A stretch of 64,000 nt of DNA, taken from positions 192,001 to 256,000 of the forward strand of contig OZ241883.1 in assembly GCA_965203445.1 (NCBI GenBank). The letters run 5' to 3'. Source of the stretch: Candidatus Oxydemutator sp. (GTDB taxonomy: Bacteria > Pseudomonadota > Gammaproteobacteria > Poriferisulfidales > Oxydemutatoraceae). The position numbers and the translations under genes are program-made. Below are positions 1-11,408 of this stretch, in pieces. Within the stretch, counting starts at the first letter, position 1. Every line of letters begins with the position of its first letter. A model generated the notes under the pieces. That model did not search any database. It saw only the letters and a list, made by a program, of their open reading frames with translations, and was not told the origin of the DNA.

Positions 1-908
1 ATCTCGGCGCGCGTCGGCACGGCGCTGTCGATCATGGACTGCAACATCTCGGTCGCGGTGATGACGATGCGCTCGGCGCGCCGCGCCTGCCGGATCAGGC
101 GCTTTTGCACCGCGGTCAATTCGGCGTCGCCGATCTCGATGCTGAGGTCGCCGCGCGCGACCATCGCGCCGTCGGCGACCTCGAGTATCTCCTCGATGCA
201 GCGCAGCGCCTCGACGCGCTCGATCTTGGCGATCAACGAGGCCGAACTGCCCGCCGCGCGCAGCAAGCGTTTCGCGTGGGAGATGTCGTCGGCGCTCTTC
301 GGAAACGAAACCGCGAGATAATCCACGCCGATTTGCGCCGCGAGCTCGATGTCCCTTTTGTCCTTGTCGGTGATCGAGGGCGCCGACAAGCCGCCGCCGG
401 CGCGGTTGATGCCCTTGTTGTTTGACAACTCGCCGCCGACCACGACCGTCGTGACGACGCCGTCCTCGCCGGAGGACGCGACCTCGAGGACGATGCGCCC
501 GTCGTCGAGCAACAAGGTGTCGCCGGCCGCGACGTCGGCGTAGAGCCGCGGATAGGTGATGCCGACCGCGTCCACGGTGCCGGCGTCGCGCCCGAGAGAC
601 GGGTCGAGCACGAAGCGCCGTCCGGCCTCGAGCGTAACCGCCCCGCGCTCGAACCGTTGCAGGCGGATCTTCGGCCCCTGCAAGTCGCCGAGTATGCCGA
701 TGTGGTAGCGCTTCGAGTCGGACAGCTCGCGCACCATGCGCGCGCGCCGCACGTGGTCCTCGGTCTCGCCGTGCGAAAAGTTCAGGCGCACGACGTCGAC
801 GCCGGCGTCAATCAGGTCGAGCAACACCCCCCGGTCGTCGGTGGCCGGGCCCAGGGTTGCGATGATCTTGGTCCTTCTCGGCGAAATCGCCTGTCGAATC
901 TCGGTCAT
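1..908 (-). CDS. pyk: pyruvate kinase (runs off the window start)
   Basis: Manual minus-strand translation from ATG 908: RRTKIIATLGPA, VRLNFSHG, DLQGPKIR, AKIER, MVARGDL, TATEMLQSM. Confidence 0.95.
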   Translation of the reverse strand, partial: MTEIRQAISPRRTKIIATLGPATDDRGVLLDLIDAGVDVVRLNFSHGETEDHVRRARMVRELSDSKRYHIGILGDLQGPKIRLQRFERGAVTLEAGRRFVLDPSLGRDAGTVDAVGITYPRLYADVAAGDTLLLDDGRIVLEVASSGEDGVVTTVVVGGELSNNKGINRAGGGLSAPSITDKDKRDIELAAQIGVDYLAVSFPKSADDISHAKRLLRAAGSSASLIAKIERVEALRCIEEILEVADGAMVARGDLSIEIGDAELTAVQKRLIRQARRAERIVITATEMLQSMIDSAVPTRAE

Positions 909-913
909 TGCGG

Positions 914-2122
914 CTATTCCGGTCGCTTCCGCAATCGCGGATTCTCTTTTCTTTTGCGCAAAATCTCAATCGCGGGAAGGCGGCGCCCGGCGACGAACTC
1001 CAAAAACGCGCCGCCGCCGGTCGAAACGAAAGAAACGTCGGCGCCGACGCCGAAGCGGGCGATGGCCGCGAGCGTGTCGCCGCCGCCGACCAGCGACCAC
1101 GCGCGGCTGCGCGCGACCGCCTCGGCCAGACGCCGCGTCGCGCCCGCAAACGGCGCGTACTCGAACGCTCCGAGCGGCCCGTTCCACAAAATACGGTCGG
1201 CGGCGGCGAGCACCCGCTCGATGCGTTCGAGCGTGCGCGGTCCGACGTCGAAGATCCCGTCGTCGCGCGCGAGCGCGTCCAATTCCTTGACTTGCGCGCG
1301 CGCCGTGTGCGTCAACTCGCCGGCGCACACCACGTCGCAGGGAAGCAGCAAGGTGCAGCCGCGCTCGCGCACGCGCTCGTACAACGCGCGCGCCGCCGGC
1401 AGCGACTCCTTTGCGTACAACGAGCGCCCGACGTCGTGGCCGCGCGCCGCCAGCAGGGTGTTGGCTATGCCGCCGCCGACGATCAGCGTTTGCACGCGCT
1501 CGGCGAGCGCCTCGAGCACTTCCATCTTGCCGGCCACCTTGGCGCCGCCGATGACGGCCACCGAGCGCGCCGCGTCGCCGCCCGCGAAGAATTTCTCGAG
1601 GCTTGCGACTTCGCGCGCGAGCAGCGGTCCGGCGCACGCCGCCGCGGCGTGTGCGGCGACGCCGTGGGTCGAGGCGTGGGCGCGGTGGGCGCAGCCGAAG
1701 GCGTCCATCACGAACACGTCGCACAACGACGCGAGCGTGCGCGCGAGGCCGTCGTCGTCGTCGCACTCGCCGTGCTGGAAGCGGATGTTCTCGCACAGCA
1801 CCGCGCGCCCGGGCGTGGCGCGCACCTCATCGACAGGCCCCTCGTGCAACGCGACCTCGGTGCCCAGCAATTCCGACAGGCGCGCCGCCACCGGGCGCAG
1901 CGAGAGTTGCGGATCGCGCACCCCGGCGCGCGGGCGACCCAGATGCGACACCAGCACGACCGGCGCGCGCGCCTCCAGCGCGCCGCGGATCGCCGGCAGG
2001 CTCGCGCGGATGCGCGCGTCGTCGGCGACGCGCCCGTCGCACAACGGCACGTTCAGGTCGCAGCGCACCAGCACGCGCCGCCCGGTCAGCTCCAGTTCGT
2101 GCATTTCGGTGAAGTCGGCCAC
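914..2122 (-). CDS. pgk: phosphoglycerate kinase
   Basis: RVLVRCDLNVP, SHLGRP, DAFGCAHRAHAS, WNGPLG, GGGDT, STGGGAFLE motifs. Confidence 0.96.
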   Translation of the reverse strand: MADFTEMHELELTGRRVLVRCDLNVPLCDGRVADDARIRASLPAIRGALEARAPVVLVSHLGRPRAGVRDPQLSLRPVAARLSELLGTEVALHEGPVDEVRATPGRAVLCENIRFQHGECDDDDGLARTLASLCDVFVMDAFGCAHRAHASTHGVAAHAAAACAGPLLAREVASLEKFFAGGDAARSVAVIGGAKVAGKMEVLEALAERVQTLIVGGGIANTLLAARGHDVGRSLYAKESLPAARALYERVRERGCTLLLPCDVVCAGELTHTARAQVKELDALARDDGIFDVGPRTLERIERVLAAADRILWNGPLGAFEYAPFAGATRRLAEAVARSRAWSLVGGGDTLAAIARFGVGADVSFVSTGGGAFLEFVAGRRLPAIEILRKRKENPRLRKRPE

Positions 2123-2140
2123 CGGCGCGCGCCCGCTTCC

Positions 2141-3154
<1,014 letters not shown>

Positions 3155-3214
3155 GCAAGATGCCTCCCGGGCAATCGTACCCCGTCCGTGTCCCGCCGCG
3201 CCGCGCGCGCGACG

Positions 3215-5251
3215 TCATCCGTCGCCGTCCATCAACGAGACGCCCGCCCGGTACACCCGTTCCGGCGTGAACCCGAAATGCGCGAGCGCCTCGCCGCCGG
3301 GCGCCGACACGCCGAACTCCTCGAGGCCGACGACGGCGCCCTCGAGACCGACGTAACGCCGCCACCAATCGCCGCGCCCGGCCTCGACGGCCAGGCGCGG
3401 CACCCCCGCCGGCAGCACCGACTCGCGGTACTCTTGCGGCTGGCGCTCGAAACATTCGGCGCACGGCATTGCGACGACGCGCGAGTTGCGTCCCTCTTCG
3501 CACAACCGCTCGTGCGCGGTGAGCGCCAGCGAGACCTCCGAACCGGTCGCAATCAGCACCAGCCCGGCGGCGCCTTCGCAGTCGCGCAACACGTAGCCGC
3601 CGCACTCTATGGCCGCGAGCTGCGCGTCGTCGCGCGCCACGTGCGCCAGCGTCTGGCGCGAAAACACCAGGGCGCTGGGCGTCGTCTTCGATTCGAGCGC
3701 GGCCTTCCACGCGACCGCCGACTCGACCGCGTCGCACGGCCGCCACACGTCGAGGTTCGGGATCAGGCGCAACGCCGCCAGGTGCTCGACCGGCTGGTGC
3801 GTCGGCCCGTCCTCGCCGAGGCCGACCGAATCGTGGGTATATACGAAGACGACGCGCTGTCTCATCAGCGCCGCCATGCGCACCGCGTTGCGCGCGTAAT
3901 CGGAGAACGTCAGAAAGGTCGCCGCGTACGGGATCAGGCCGCCGTGCAGCGCGATGCCCGACGCGATCGCCGACATCGCGAACTCGCGCACGCCGAAATA
4001 AATGTAGTTGCCGTCGCCGCCGTTGCCGTCCACGGCGCGGCAGCCTTGCCACAACGTGCCGTTTGAACCGGACAGATCGGCGGAACCGCCGATCAACTCC
4101 GGCAGTTCGCCGCTGAAGGCGGCGAGCGCGCGCTGCGACGCCTTGCGCGTCGCCAGGTCCTCGCCGGCGGCGTGCACGCCGACGACGAAGGCGCGCGCGC
4201 GCGAGTCCCAGCCGCGCGGCAGCCGTCCGGCGACGCTGCGCTCGAATTCGGCCGCCGCCTCGGGATGCGCGGCGCGGTAATCCTCAAAAACCTCGCGCCA
4301 ACGCCGCTCCGCGGCCGCGCCGCGCGCACGGGAGTCCCACCCTCGATAGACGTCGTCGGGCACCTCGAACGGCGCATACGGCCAGTCCAGCGCCTCGCGC
4401 GCCAGCGCCACCTCCTGCCGGCCCAGCGGCGCACCATGACAGGATGCACGCCCCTGCTTGTTCGGCGCGCCGTAGCCGATCACGGTCTTGCAGCAGAGCA
4501 GGCTCGGACGATCAGCCTCGTCGCGCGCGCGTTCTATCGCGGCGCGCACGGCGTCGGCGTCGTGGCCGTCCACGTCGCGCTCGACGTGCCAGCCGTAGGC
4601 GCCGAAGCGGCGCGGCGTGTCGTCGGTGAACCAGCCCGAGACCTCGCCGTCTATCGAGACGCCGTTGTCGTCGTAGAAGACGATCAGTTTGCCGAGCCGC
4701 TGGGTGCCGGCGAGCGAGCAGGCCTCGTGCGAGACGCCCTCCATCAGGCAGCCGTCGCCGGTGAACACCCAGGTGCGGTGGTCCACTACCGGGAAACCGT
4801 CGCGGTTGAAACGCCGCGCGAGCACGCGCTCGGCGAGCGCCATCCCGACCGCGTTCGCAAGCCCCTGCCCGAGCGGCCCGGTGGTCGTCTCGATACCGCG
4901 CGCGGGGTCGTATTCGGGGTGCCCCGGCGTCCCGGAATGCAACCGGCGGAAACGCCTGAGCTCGTCCATCGGCATCGGATAGCCGCTCAGGTGCAGCAGC
5001 GAATACAGCAGCATCGAACCGTGCCCGTTCGACAACACAAAGCGGTCGCGGTCGAACCACGACGGATTGCCGGGATTGTGCCTCAGGCAATCGTTCCACA
5101 AGACCTCGGCGACGTCGGCCATGCCCATCGGCATGCCGGGGTGGCCCGAGCGCGCGCGCTCGACCGCGTCCATGCTGAGGGCGCGCACGGCGTTGGCCAG
5201 TCGCCGGCGCGTCGCTCCCGAAGAGGAGCCGCGTGATGGCAGGGGTGGCAT
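3215..5251 (-). CDS. tkt: transketolase
   Basis: [34 protein letters not shown]; start placed at ATG 5251 (uncertain). Confidence 0.96.
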   Translation of the reverse strand: MPPLPSRGSSSGATRRRLANAVRALSMDAVERARSGHPGMPMGMADVAEVLWNDCLRHNPGNPSWFDRDRFVLSNGHGSMLLYSLLHLSGYPMPMDELRRFRRLHSGTPGHPEYDPARGIETTTGPLGQGLANAVGMALAERVLARRFNRDGFPVVDHRTWVFTGDGCLMEGVSHEACSLAGTQRLGKLIVFYDDNGVSIDGEVSGWFTDDTPRRFGAYGWHVERDVDGHDADAVRAAIERARDEADRPSLLCCKTVIGYGAPNKQGRASCHGAPLGRQEVALAREALDWPYAPFEVPDDVYRGWDSRARGAAAERRWREVFEDYRAAHPEAAAEFERSVAGRLPRGWDSRARAFVVGVHAAGEDLATRKASQRALAAFSGELPELIGGSADLSGSNGTLWQGCRAVDGNGGDGNYIYFGVREFAMSAIASGIALHGGLIPYAATFLTFSDYARNAVRMAALMRQRVVFVYTHDSVGLGEDGPTHQPVEHLAALRLIPNLDVWRPCDAVESAVAWKAALESKTTPSALVFSRQTLAHVARDDAQLAAIECGGYVLRDCEGAAGLVLIATGSEVSLALTAHERLCEEGRNSRVVAMPCAECFERQPQEYRESVLPAGVPRLAVEAGRGDWWRRYVGLEGAVVGLEEFGVSAPGGEALAHFGFTPERVYRAGVSLMDGDG

Positions 5252-5320
5252 TTGTCTGACTACGGTTTCAAGCGTCCGGCGGCGGCGTAGCGCCACCGCG
5301 CATTGTCGCAAAAGCGGCGG

Positions 5321-6238
5321 CTACCGGGCAAGTCCGGCGTCCGTCTCGGCGGCGGTCTCGGGAGCGGCAAAGCGGGCGACGCCGCTCATGCCGATCAGCA
5401 GTTTTTCGTCGGCGTCGAGTATCCGCGCGACCGCGGCGACGCTCTTGTTCAGCGCATCCGCCTCCGGCGCCAAACGCTCGAGGCGCGCGCGGTAATCGCG
5501 CCCGGCGACGCGCACGTCGAACTCGTGGCCGGGCGACAGCCACGCCAACCAATCCCACGGCAGCAGCAGGTGCAGGTGAGGCGCCGCGTCCTCGGCGACT
5601 TCGACGACCGGCTCAAGCGCCTCGACTTCCTCGTGCTCGGCGACGAACACCTTGATCACCAGCGCGTCGAAGGGGGCTACTATCGTGCAGTACTTGGACA
5701 GGGCGCGCGCGTGGTTGAGCGCGGCCAGCGCGGCTTCGGCCTGCAAGCCCGCCAGTTCGACCTGCTCTTTCGAGACCTCGCGGTTTTCGGCCTCGCGCCT
5801 TTTCGCGTTGTGGTTGAACTTCGCGAGCCGGTGGGCGATGCGCGCCTCCTCGAGCGCCGCGCGCTCGACCGAGCAATCAAACTCGACCAGCACGTCGCCG
5901 CGCTGGAAGCGCCGGCCCTGCTCGGCGTGCAACACCGAAACCGCCGCGTCCAGGCGCGCGCCCAGGCGCGCGCGGCGCGTCGGCGCGACGATGCCGTCGC
6001 GCTGATAGACCCGCGGCGCGGCCTGCTCTTCGGCCACCGCGTCTTGCGGCGGTGCCGTGGTCGCCGTGGTCGCCGTGGTTGCCGCGGTCGCCGCGGTCGT
6101 TGCGGTTGTCGTGGTCGCCGTGGCCGTCGCGTCCATCACGGTGGTCGTGGTCGCCGTGGTCGGCATCGTTTCCTGCGCCGGCGCCCACGCGCCGATCGAG
6201 GCCAGCGCCAGCAACGCGGCGGCGCGCAACCGCGTCAT
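5321..6238 (-). CDS. HlyD/RND-type periplasmic adaptor with signal peptide and Thr/Ala-rich linker
   Basis: Signal peptide MTRLRAAALLALASIGAWAPA; lipoyl-like halves (GRRFQRGDVLVEFDC, CTIVAPFDA); C-terminal LLIGMSG; ATGA overlap with degP stop. Confidence 0.75.
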   Translation of the reverse strand: MTRLRAAALLALASIGAWAPAQETMPTTATTTTVMDATATATTTTATTAATAATTATTATTAPPQDAVAEEQAAPRVYQRDGIVAPTRRARLGARLDAAVSVLHAEQGRRFQRGDVLVEFDCSVERAALEEARIAHRLAKFNHNAKRREAENREVSKEQVELAGLQAEAALAALNHARALSKYCTIVAPFDALVIKVFVAEHEEVEALEPVVEVAEDAAPHLHLLLPWDWLAWLSPGHEFDVRVAGRDYRARLERLAPEADALNKSVAAVARILDADEKLLIGMSGVARFAAPETAAETDAGLAR

Positions 6239-7674
6239 TCCGGTATCCTGATTGCGAAAAAGCGCGACCTTTCCCCGCGCACGACGAGCAACGTCGTAAA
6301 GTTGCCCGTGGGCAGCGACTCGACGATCTCGGCCAGTTCCGAGGGCGTGCGAAAACGCTCGTTGTTCATCATGACCAACACGTCGCCCTCGGCAATGCCG
6401 GCGTCGCGCGCCGCGCCGGGGCCGACTTTCTCGACGACGAGACCGCCGTCGTCCAGCCCCGGGCGCTCGCGTTCGCCGGGCGTCAACGAACGCAGCGACA
6501 AGCCCAGAACCTCCTCGGACGCGCGCTCCTCGCGCGCGCGCCCGGCGAGCCGCTGCTCCGCCGGCAGCTCGCCGACGACGACCGGCAGGCGGACGCGCTC
6601 GCCGTCGCGCAGCAGTTCGACCGTAACGCGCTCGCCCACCGGCGTACGCCCGACCAGCGGCGGCAACGACGAGGACAAGCCGACGTCCTCGCCGTCGAAA
6701 CGCAGCACGATGTCGCCGACGCGCAAGCCGGCGCGCTGCGCCGGGCCGTCCTCGACGACGCGCGAGATCAGCGCGCCGCGCGGCTTGTCGAGGCCGAACG
6801 ACTCGGACAGGCCGTGCGTGACCTCCTGGATGAACACGCCGAGCCAGCCGCGCGCCACCTCGCCCTTGTCGCGCAACTGCCCGACGACGTCCATCGCCAG
6901 GCCGATCGGCACCGCGAACGACAGGCCGCTGTAGCTGCCGGTGCGGCTGTAGATCTGCGAATTGACGCCGATGACCTCGCCGTCGAGGTTGAACAGCGGT
7001 CCGCCCGAATTGCCGGGATTGATGGCGACGTCGGTCTGGATGAACGGCACGTAGTTGCCCGACGGCAGGCGCCGCCCCTTGGCGCTGACGATGCCCGCGG
7101 TCACCGAGTGCTCGAAGCCGAACGGCGCGCCGATGGCCAACACCCACTGCCCGACCTTGATCTCGTCCGAGGAGCCGATGCGCACCGCGGGCAAGTCGTC
7201 GGCGTCGACCTTCAGCAGCGCGATGTCGCTCAGCTCGTCGGTGCCGATCAGCTCGGCGGGCAGCTCGCGGCGGTCGCTCAATTTGACGGTAATCTCCTCG
7301 ACACCGTGGACGACGTGGTGGTTGGTGATGACGTAGCCGTCGCCGGTAATGATGAAGCCGGAACCGACCGAATTGGGCGGCCGCGGCATGGGCAACGGCG
7401 CGCGGTGCTCGAAAAATTTCTCGAAAAACTCATGCCACGGAACGCCGGGCGGGGCTTCGGGAGACTCGTCGTCCTGGTCGCGCGACGGCGGCTTCCTGAG
7501 CGTGCTGATGTTGACGACGGCGGCGACGTTGGCCTCGGCCAGCGCCGAAAAATCAGGCATGCCGCGCGCCTCGGCGGGCGCGGCGAAAACCAGCACGAGC
7601 AACGACGCCGGCCACGCCCGGCGCCCGGCGCCGATCACCGGGCGCCGGGCGACAATCCGTGAAAAAGCAGACAT
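6235..7674 (-). CDS. degP: DegP/MucD periplasmic serine protease with two PDZ domains
   Basis: GSGFII, TNHHVV, DIALLKV, INPGNSGGPL, then two PDZ-like regions. Confidence 0.93.
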   Translation of the reverse strand: MSAFSRIVARRPVIGAGRRAWPASLLVLVFAAPAEARGMPDFSALAEANVAAVVNISTLRKPPSRDQDDESPEAPPGVPWHEFFEKFFEHRAPLPMPRPPNSVGSGFIITGDGYVITNHHVVHGVEEITVKLSDRRELPAELIGTDELSDIALLKVDADDLPAVRIGSSDEIKVGQWVLAIGAPFGFEHSVTAGIVSAKGRRLPSGNYVPFIQTDVAINPGNSGGPLFNLDGEVIGVNSQIYSRTGSYSGLSFAVPIGLAMDVVGQLRDKGEVARGWLGVFIQEVTHGLSESFGLDKPRGALISRVVEDGPAQRAGLRVGDIVLRFDGEDVGLSSSLPPLVGRTPVGERVTVELLRDGERVRLPVVVGELPAEQRLAGRAREERASEEVLGLSLRSLTPGERERPGLDDGGLVVEKVGPGAARDAGIAEGDVLVMMNNERFRTPSELAEIVESLPTGNFTTLLVVRGERSRFFAIRIPE

Positions 7675-7690
7675 ATTGCGCATAGTACCA

Positions 7691-8910
7691 TCAAACCGGG
7701 ATCCCGGCGGCGGTCGCCTGACGCCTGATAGAGCGTCCCAGCGACGGCACCGCAAAGGAGTACCGGCCATGGCGGTTTTTGAACACCAGACCCTTGTCGC
7801 CCATGGCCGCCAACATCTGGCTCACGTGACTGGCGCTGAACGGCTTCGAGCGACCGGCGCGCGATTTTTCCACGATTTGCCGCACCGCGAACTCCTCGTC
7901 GCAATGTTCCAGCTGCGCCACGACCGATAACAATTCGCGTTGGCGGTCGGTCGCGTTGGCCCAGCGCCCGGCGAAGAAATCCGCGTCTAATTTCTGCACG
8001 ACGGGAATGAGAGAGACCGCGGCGTCGCCGCCACGTTCCGTCTGCTGCAAATATGCGTCATATACTTCGCGGCAGATGAACTGGATAAAATAAGGATAGC
8101 CGCGGGAAGCCTCGCAAATGGCATCTACCGAGCGTCGGCTTAGACGAACCGGGCAGCGTTCGTCGGCGATCGGTTTTTGCACGGCACTGACGCTTTCCTC
8201 ACGCGACAGCCGGCCGAGGAACAGCACCCGAAACATTCTCTCGGAGAACGTCCGCGCCTCGACGAGCTTGGGGAACAGAGTCGGCAGGCCCGTCAGCGCC
8301 AACATCAACGGCAACCCCTTCCTCTGAACGCCTTGAAAGGCATCCAGCGGCAGCGACAGCGGAAATTCGCCTGCGCCATGATCCGAAAGATTCTGCGCTT
8401 CGTCGTACCCGAAAATAACGCCGCGCGACACCCCGTTCACCGCGGACAACGCAGCCCACGTCGTCTCCAACACCGCCTTGAGTTTGTCCACGGCCAGCCC
8501 CGGAGTTCGCCGGTATATCCCCGCCAACAGCTCGTAATCGAGGGTCTGCCCGCTGCGGGTGCCCTGGGCGACAAAACCGATACCGCGCAGGACTTTCTTT
8601 CGGACGACGATATCGCCGGTAACCAGCGACAGATCGGCGCACAATCGGACGGCGACGCGCTCCTCGCTGGCGCTGCCGACTCGGAAAGATCGGCGCCGAC
8701 CCAACGCCAACCCTGCCGAATTGCGTCCTGCTTGAAGACATCCAACGGCACGGTTTTCCCTATGCCACGCAAACCCGTCAAAATAAGATTCTCCAATATC
8801 GTACGCTGCTCCAGCAAACGCCGAAACTCGGCACACTCGGCACCGCGCCCCGCCAGATGGGGCGGCGGATGGCCGGCGCCGGGACGGAATGGATTCTCAA
8901 AAGTAACCAT
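7691..8910 (-). pseudogene. AAA-family ATPase with C-terminal wHTH-like region, frameshifted near 8675
   Basis: N-terminal part (FENPFRPGAGHPPPHLAGR, Walker A GLRGIGKT) in ORF 8437-8964; remainder (Walker B IFGYDEAQ, GYPYFIQ) in ORF 7691-8836; frames join at DLSESA/SASEE with one base missing. Confidence 0.8.
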
Positions 8911-8915
8911 AGAGA

Positions 8916-8978
8916 CAAGGGAACACCTCACGGGCGTCCCCGAGAAGCAAGGGAACGCCCCCACGGGCGTTCCCGAAG
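8916..8978. repeat. two imperfect ~32-bp tandem palindromic repeats
   Basis: caagggaacacctcacgggcgtccccgagaag then caagggaacgcccccacgggcgttcccgaag; perfect hairpin GGGAACGCCC-CCAC-GGGCGTTCCC at 8951-8974. Confidence 0.7.
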
Positions 8979-9040
8979 CAGTATTCAGAATATTTTCTTA
9001 ATTTTATCAACGATTGCCCCCCTTCCCATACAATCGCCAC

Positions 9041-10696
9041 ATGGATGATCGCACGCCCAAATCGCGCTACGACGTGGTCATCGTCGGCTGCGGTGCCGCC
9101 GGGCTGAGCCTGGCACTCGAGTTGGCGGACGACGTCTCGGTCTGCATCCTGGCCAAGGGCGAGCCGACGCTGAGCAGCACCTGGCACGCGCAAGGCGGAA
9201 TCGCCGCCGCCGTCAGCGAACTCGACTCGGTTGCGGCCCACGTCTCGGACACGCTGAAAGCCGGCTGCGGATTGTGCGACGAGCACGCGGTGGCGACCAT
9301 CGTCGGCGAGGCGCCGGCCACGATAGAGTGGCTGGAGCGTATGGGGGTCGAGTTCACGCGCGAGCAGCAGGGGCGCGGTGCGACTTTGCATCTGACGCGC
9401 GAAGGCGGTCACCGGCGGCGGCGCATCGTCCACAGCCGCGACACCACCGGGCGCACGGTGCAGGGCGTGCTGCTCAAGCGCGCGCGCCAACGGCGCAACG
9501 TGGAGTTCCGCCACGGCCATATCGCGGTCGACCTGATCACCGCGCGCGCACCGCGCGGCGAGAGCAAACGCTGCATCGGCATCTACGCGCTGAACGCGCG
9601 CGACGGGCGGGTGCACGCGATTGCCGCCGCCAGCGTCGTGCTGGCGAGCGGCGGCGCCGGCAAAGCCTATCTCTACACGACAAACCCCGACAGTTCGTCC
9701 GGCGACGGTATTGCGATGGCGTGGCGTGCGGGCTGCCGCGTCGCCGGCATGGAATTCATGCAGTTCCATCCGACCTGCCTCTATCATCCGAGCGCCAAAT
9801 CCTACCTGATCAGCGAGACCCTGCGCGGCGAGGGCGCGCGCCTGACGCTGCCGGACGGCACGCCGTTCATGCACCGCTTCGACGCGCGCGGAGTGCTGGC
9901 GCCGCGCGACGTGATCGCGCGCGCGATAGACCACGAGATCAAGCGCTTAGGCCTCGACTACGTGCACCTCGACGTATCGCACAAGCCCGAGGCTTTCGTG
10001 CGCGAGCGTTTCCCGGAAATTCACCGCCGCTGCCTGGCGTTCGGCTTCGATCTTGCGCGCGAACCGATTCCGGTGGTGCCGGCGGTGCACTACACCTGCG
10101 GCGGCGTCGTCGCCGACACCGACGGGCGCACCGATGTAGACGCGCTCTACGCCGTCGGCGAAACCGCGCACACCGGACTGCACGGCGCCAACCGCCTGGC
10201 CAGCAACTCGCTGCTCGAGTGCATCGTCTGCGGGCGGCGCGCGGCGCGCGCGATGGGCGGCGACCTGGCGGCGCGGGCCGTGCGCACGCCACAAACCGAA
10301 GGCGCCGAGACGCCGCCGTGGGACGAAAGCCGCGTCACCCAGTCGGACGAGGAGGTCGTCGTCGCGCACGGCTGGCACGAGTTGCGGCGCGTGATGTGGA
10401 ACTACGTCGGCATCGTGCGCAGCGAGCGGCGCCTGCTGCGGGCCAAGAAGCACGTCGAGCTGCTGCTCGAGGAGGCCGACGAATACTACCGCCGCTACCG
10501 CATCAACGGCGATCTGATCGAATACCGAAACCTGGCCCAGACCGCGCACCTGATCGTAGTCTCGGCGCTGGCGCGCAAGGAAAGCCGCGGCCTGCACTAC
10601 GTCAAGGACTACCCGCAAACCAACGCCGCCCTCGACGGCAGGAACACGGTGCTGGCGCCGGCGGGCGGTTCTATTCGCTGTTCGCTCCGGAGTTGA
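9041..10696 (+). CDS. nadB: L-aspartate oxidase
   Basis: DVVIVGCGAAG, HAQGGIAA, REGGH, MEFMQFHPT, GLHGANRLASNSLLE, ESRGLHY. Confidence 0.96.
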   Translation: MDDRTPKSRYDVVIVGCGAAGLSLALELADDVSVCILAKGEPTLSSTWHAQGGIAAAVSELDSVAAHVSDTLKAGCGLCDEHAVATIVGEAPATIEWLERMGVEFTREQQGRGATLHLTREGGHRRRRIVHSRDTTGRTVQGVLLKRARQRRNVEFRHGHIAVDLITARAPRGESKRCIGIYALNARDGRVHAIAAASVVLASGGAGKAYLYTTNPDSSSGDGIAMAWRAGCRVAGMEFMQFHPTCLYHPSAKSYLISETLRGEGARLTLPDGTPFMHRFDARGVLAPRDVIARAIDHEIKRLGLDYVHLDVSHKPEAFVRERFPEIHRRCLAFGFDLAREPIPVVPAVHYTCGGVVADTDGRTDVDALYAVGETAHTGLHGANRLASNSLLECIVCGRRAARAMGGDLAARAVRTPQTEGAETPPWDESRVTQSDEEVVVAHGWHELRRVMWNYVGIVRSERRLLRAKKHVELLLEEADEYYRRYRINGDLIEYRNLAQTAHLIVVSALARKESRGLHYVKDYPQTNAALDGRNTVLAPAGGSIRCSLRS

Positions 10697-11408
10697 AACG
10701 CAACAATTTCTTCCACTGGATCAAACCATCCTCACAAAAACGCTCGATAAAAGATTGGGAGAATTTATTGATAACGCGAACGTAATTTTCCATAAATGCT
10801 TCATTTCTCTCTTTCGCCTTATGCCCCAAAGGTTCGATTATCTCAACGTATAAATCAGAATTACCGGATATGAATTCCCAAAATCTCTGCCCGCAGTACT
10901 TGAGATAAATACCTTTGTCCGGCTGATTGTCCTTTCCATAGCAACAACCGTTCACCGCCTGGATATTCATGTTTCCACCACCTTGCCTAAGAATTCTTTG
11001 CACTTGAACAAAATTCTCCTTCATCCGTTTAATCTGGCTGCTGTTGCCCCAATTTGGGCCGGATTTTATCGAAACCACGTAGCGAATATCTTCCTTGTTG
11101 AACTCGAGGTCTATCCCCTCGGCAGATGATTTCCAACCTCCGTACACGCTTTCATTTACGAATACGGCAAGCCCTTCGAGAAACTTCCCGAACAATGACT
11201 CTTCCTGGGAAGACAAATGAGCATCGAGAAAGATCTTCACAAGATCGGGAGCAGTAATTACGTTTTTGGCCCTGAACAAATAAGGGTTTTTTCTTTTCAG
11301 AACCTTATCCAGTTCCAAATCTTCCAACTTTCTCAATCGCGTGGAATGAAAGTCTCCTATGTTATTCTCGACGTAATCTCTTACGTCATCAATCGTGATT
11401 TTGGGCAT
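10671..11408 (-). CDS. type II restriction endonuclease (PmeII/EcoO109I-like, PD-(D/E)xK)
   Basis: KRKNPYLFRAKN, SSQEESLFG, GIDLEF...VSIKSGPNWGNSSQ; low GC; overlaps the upstream methyltransferase. Confidence 0.75.
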   Translation of the reverse strand: MPKITIDDVRDYVENNIGDFHSTRLRKLEDLELDKVLKRKNPYLFRAKNVITAPDLVKIFLDAHLSSQEESLFGKFLEGLAVFVNESVYGGWKSSAEGIDLEFNKEDIRYVVSIKSGPNWGNSSQIKRMKENFVQVQRILRQGGGNMNIQAVNGCCYGKDNQPDKGIYLKYCGQRFWEFISGNSDLYVEIIEPLGHKAKERNEAFMENYVRVINKFSQSFIERFCEDGLIQWKKLLRFNSGANSE

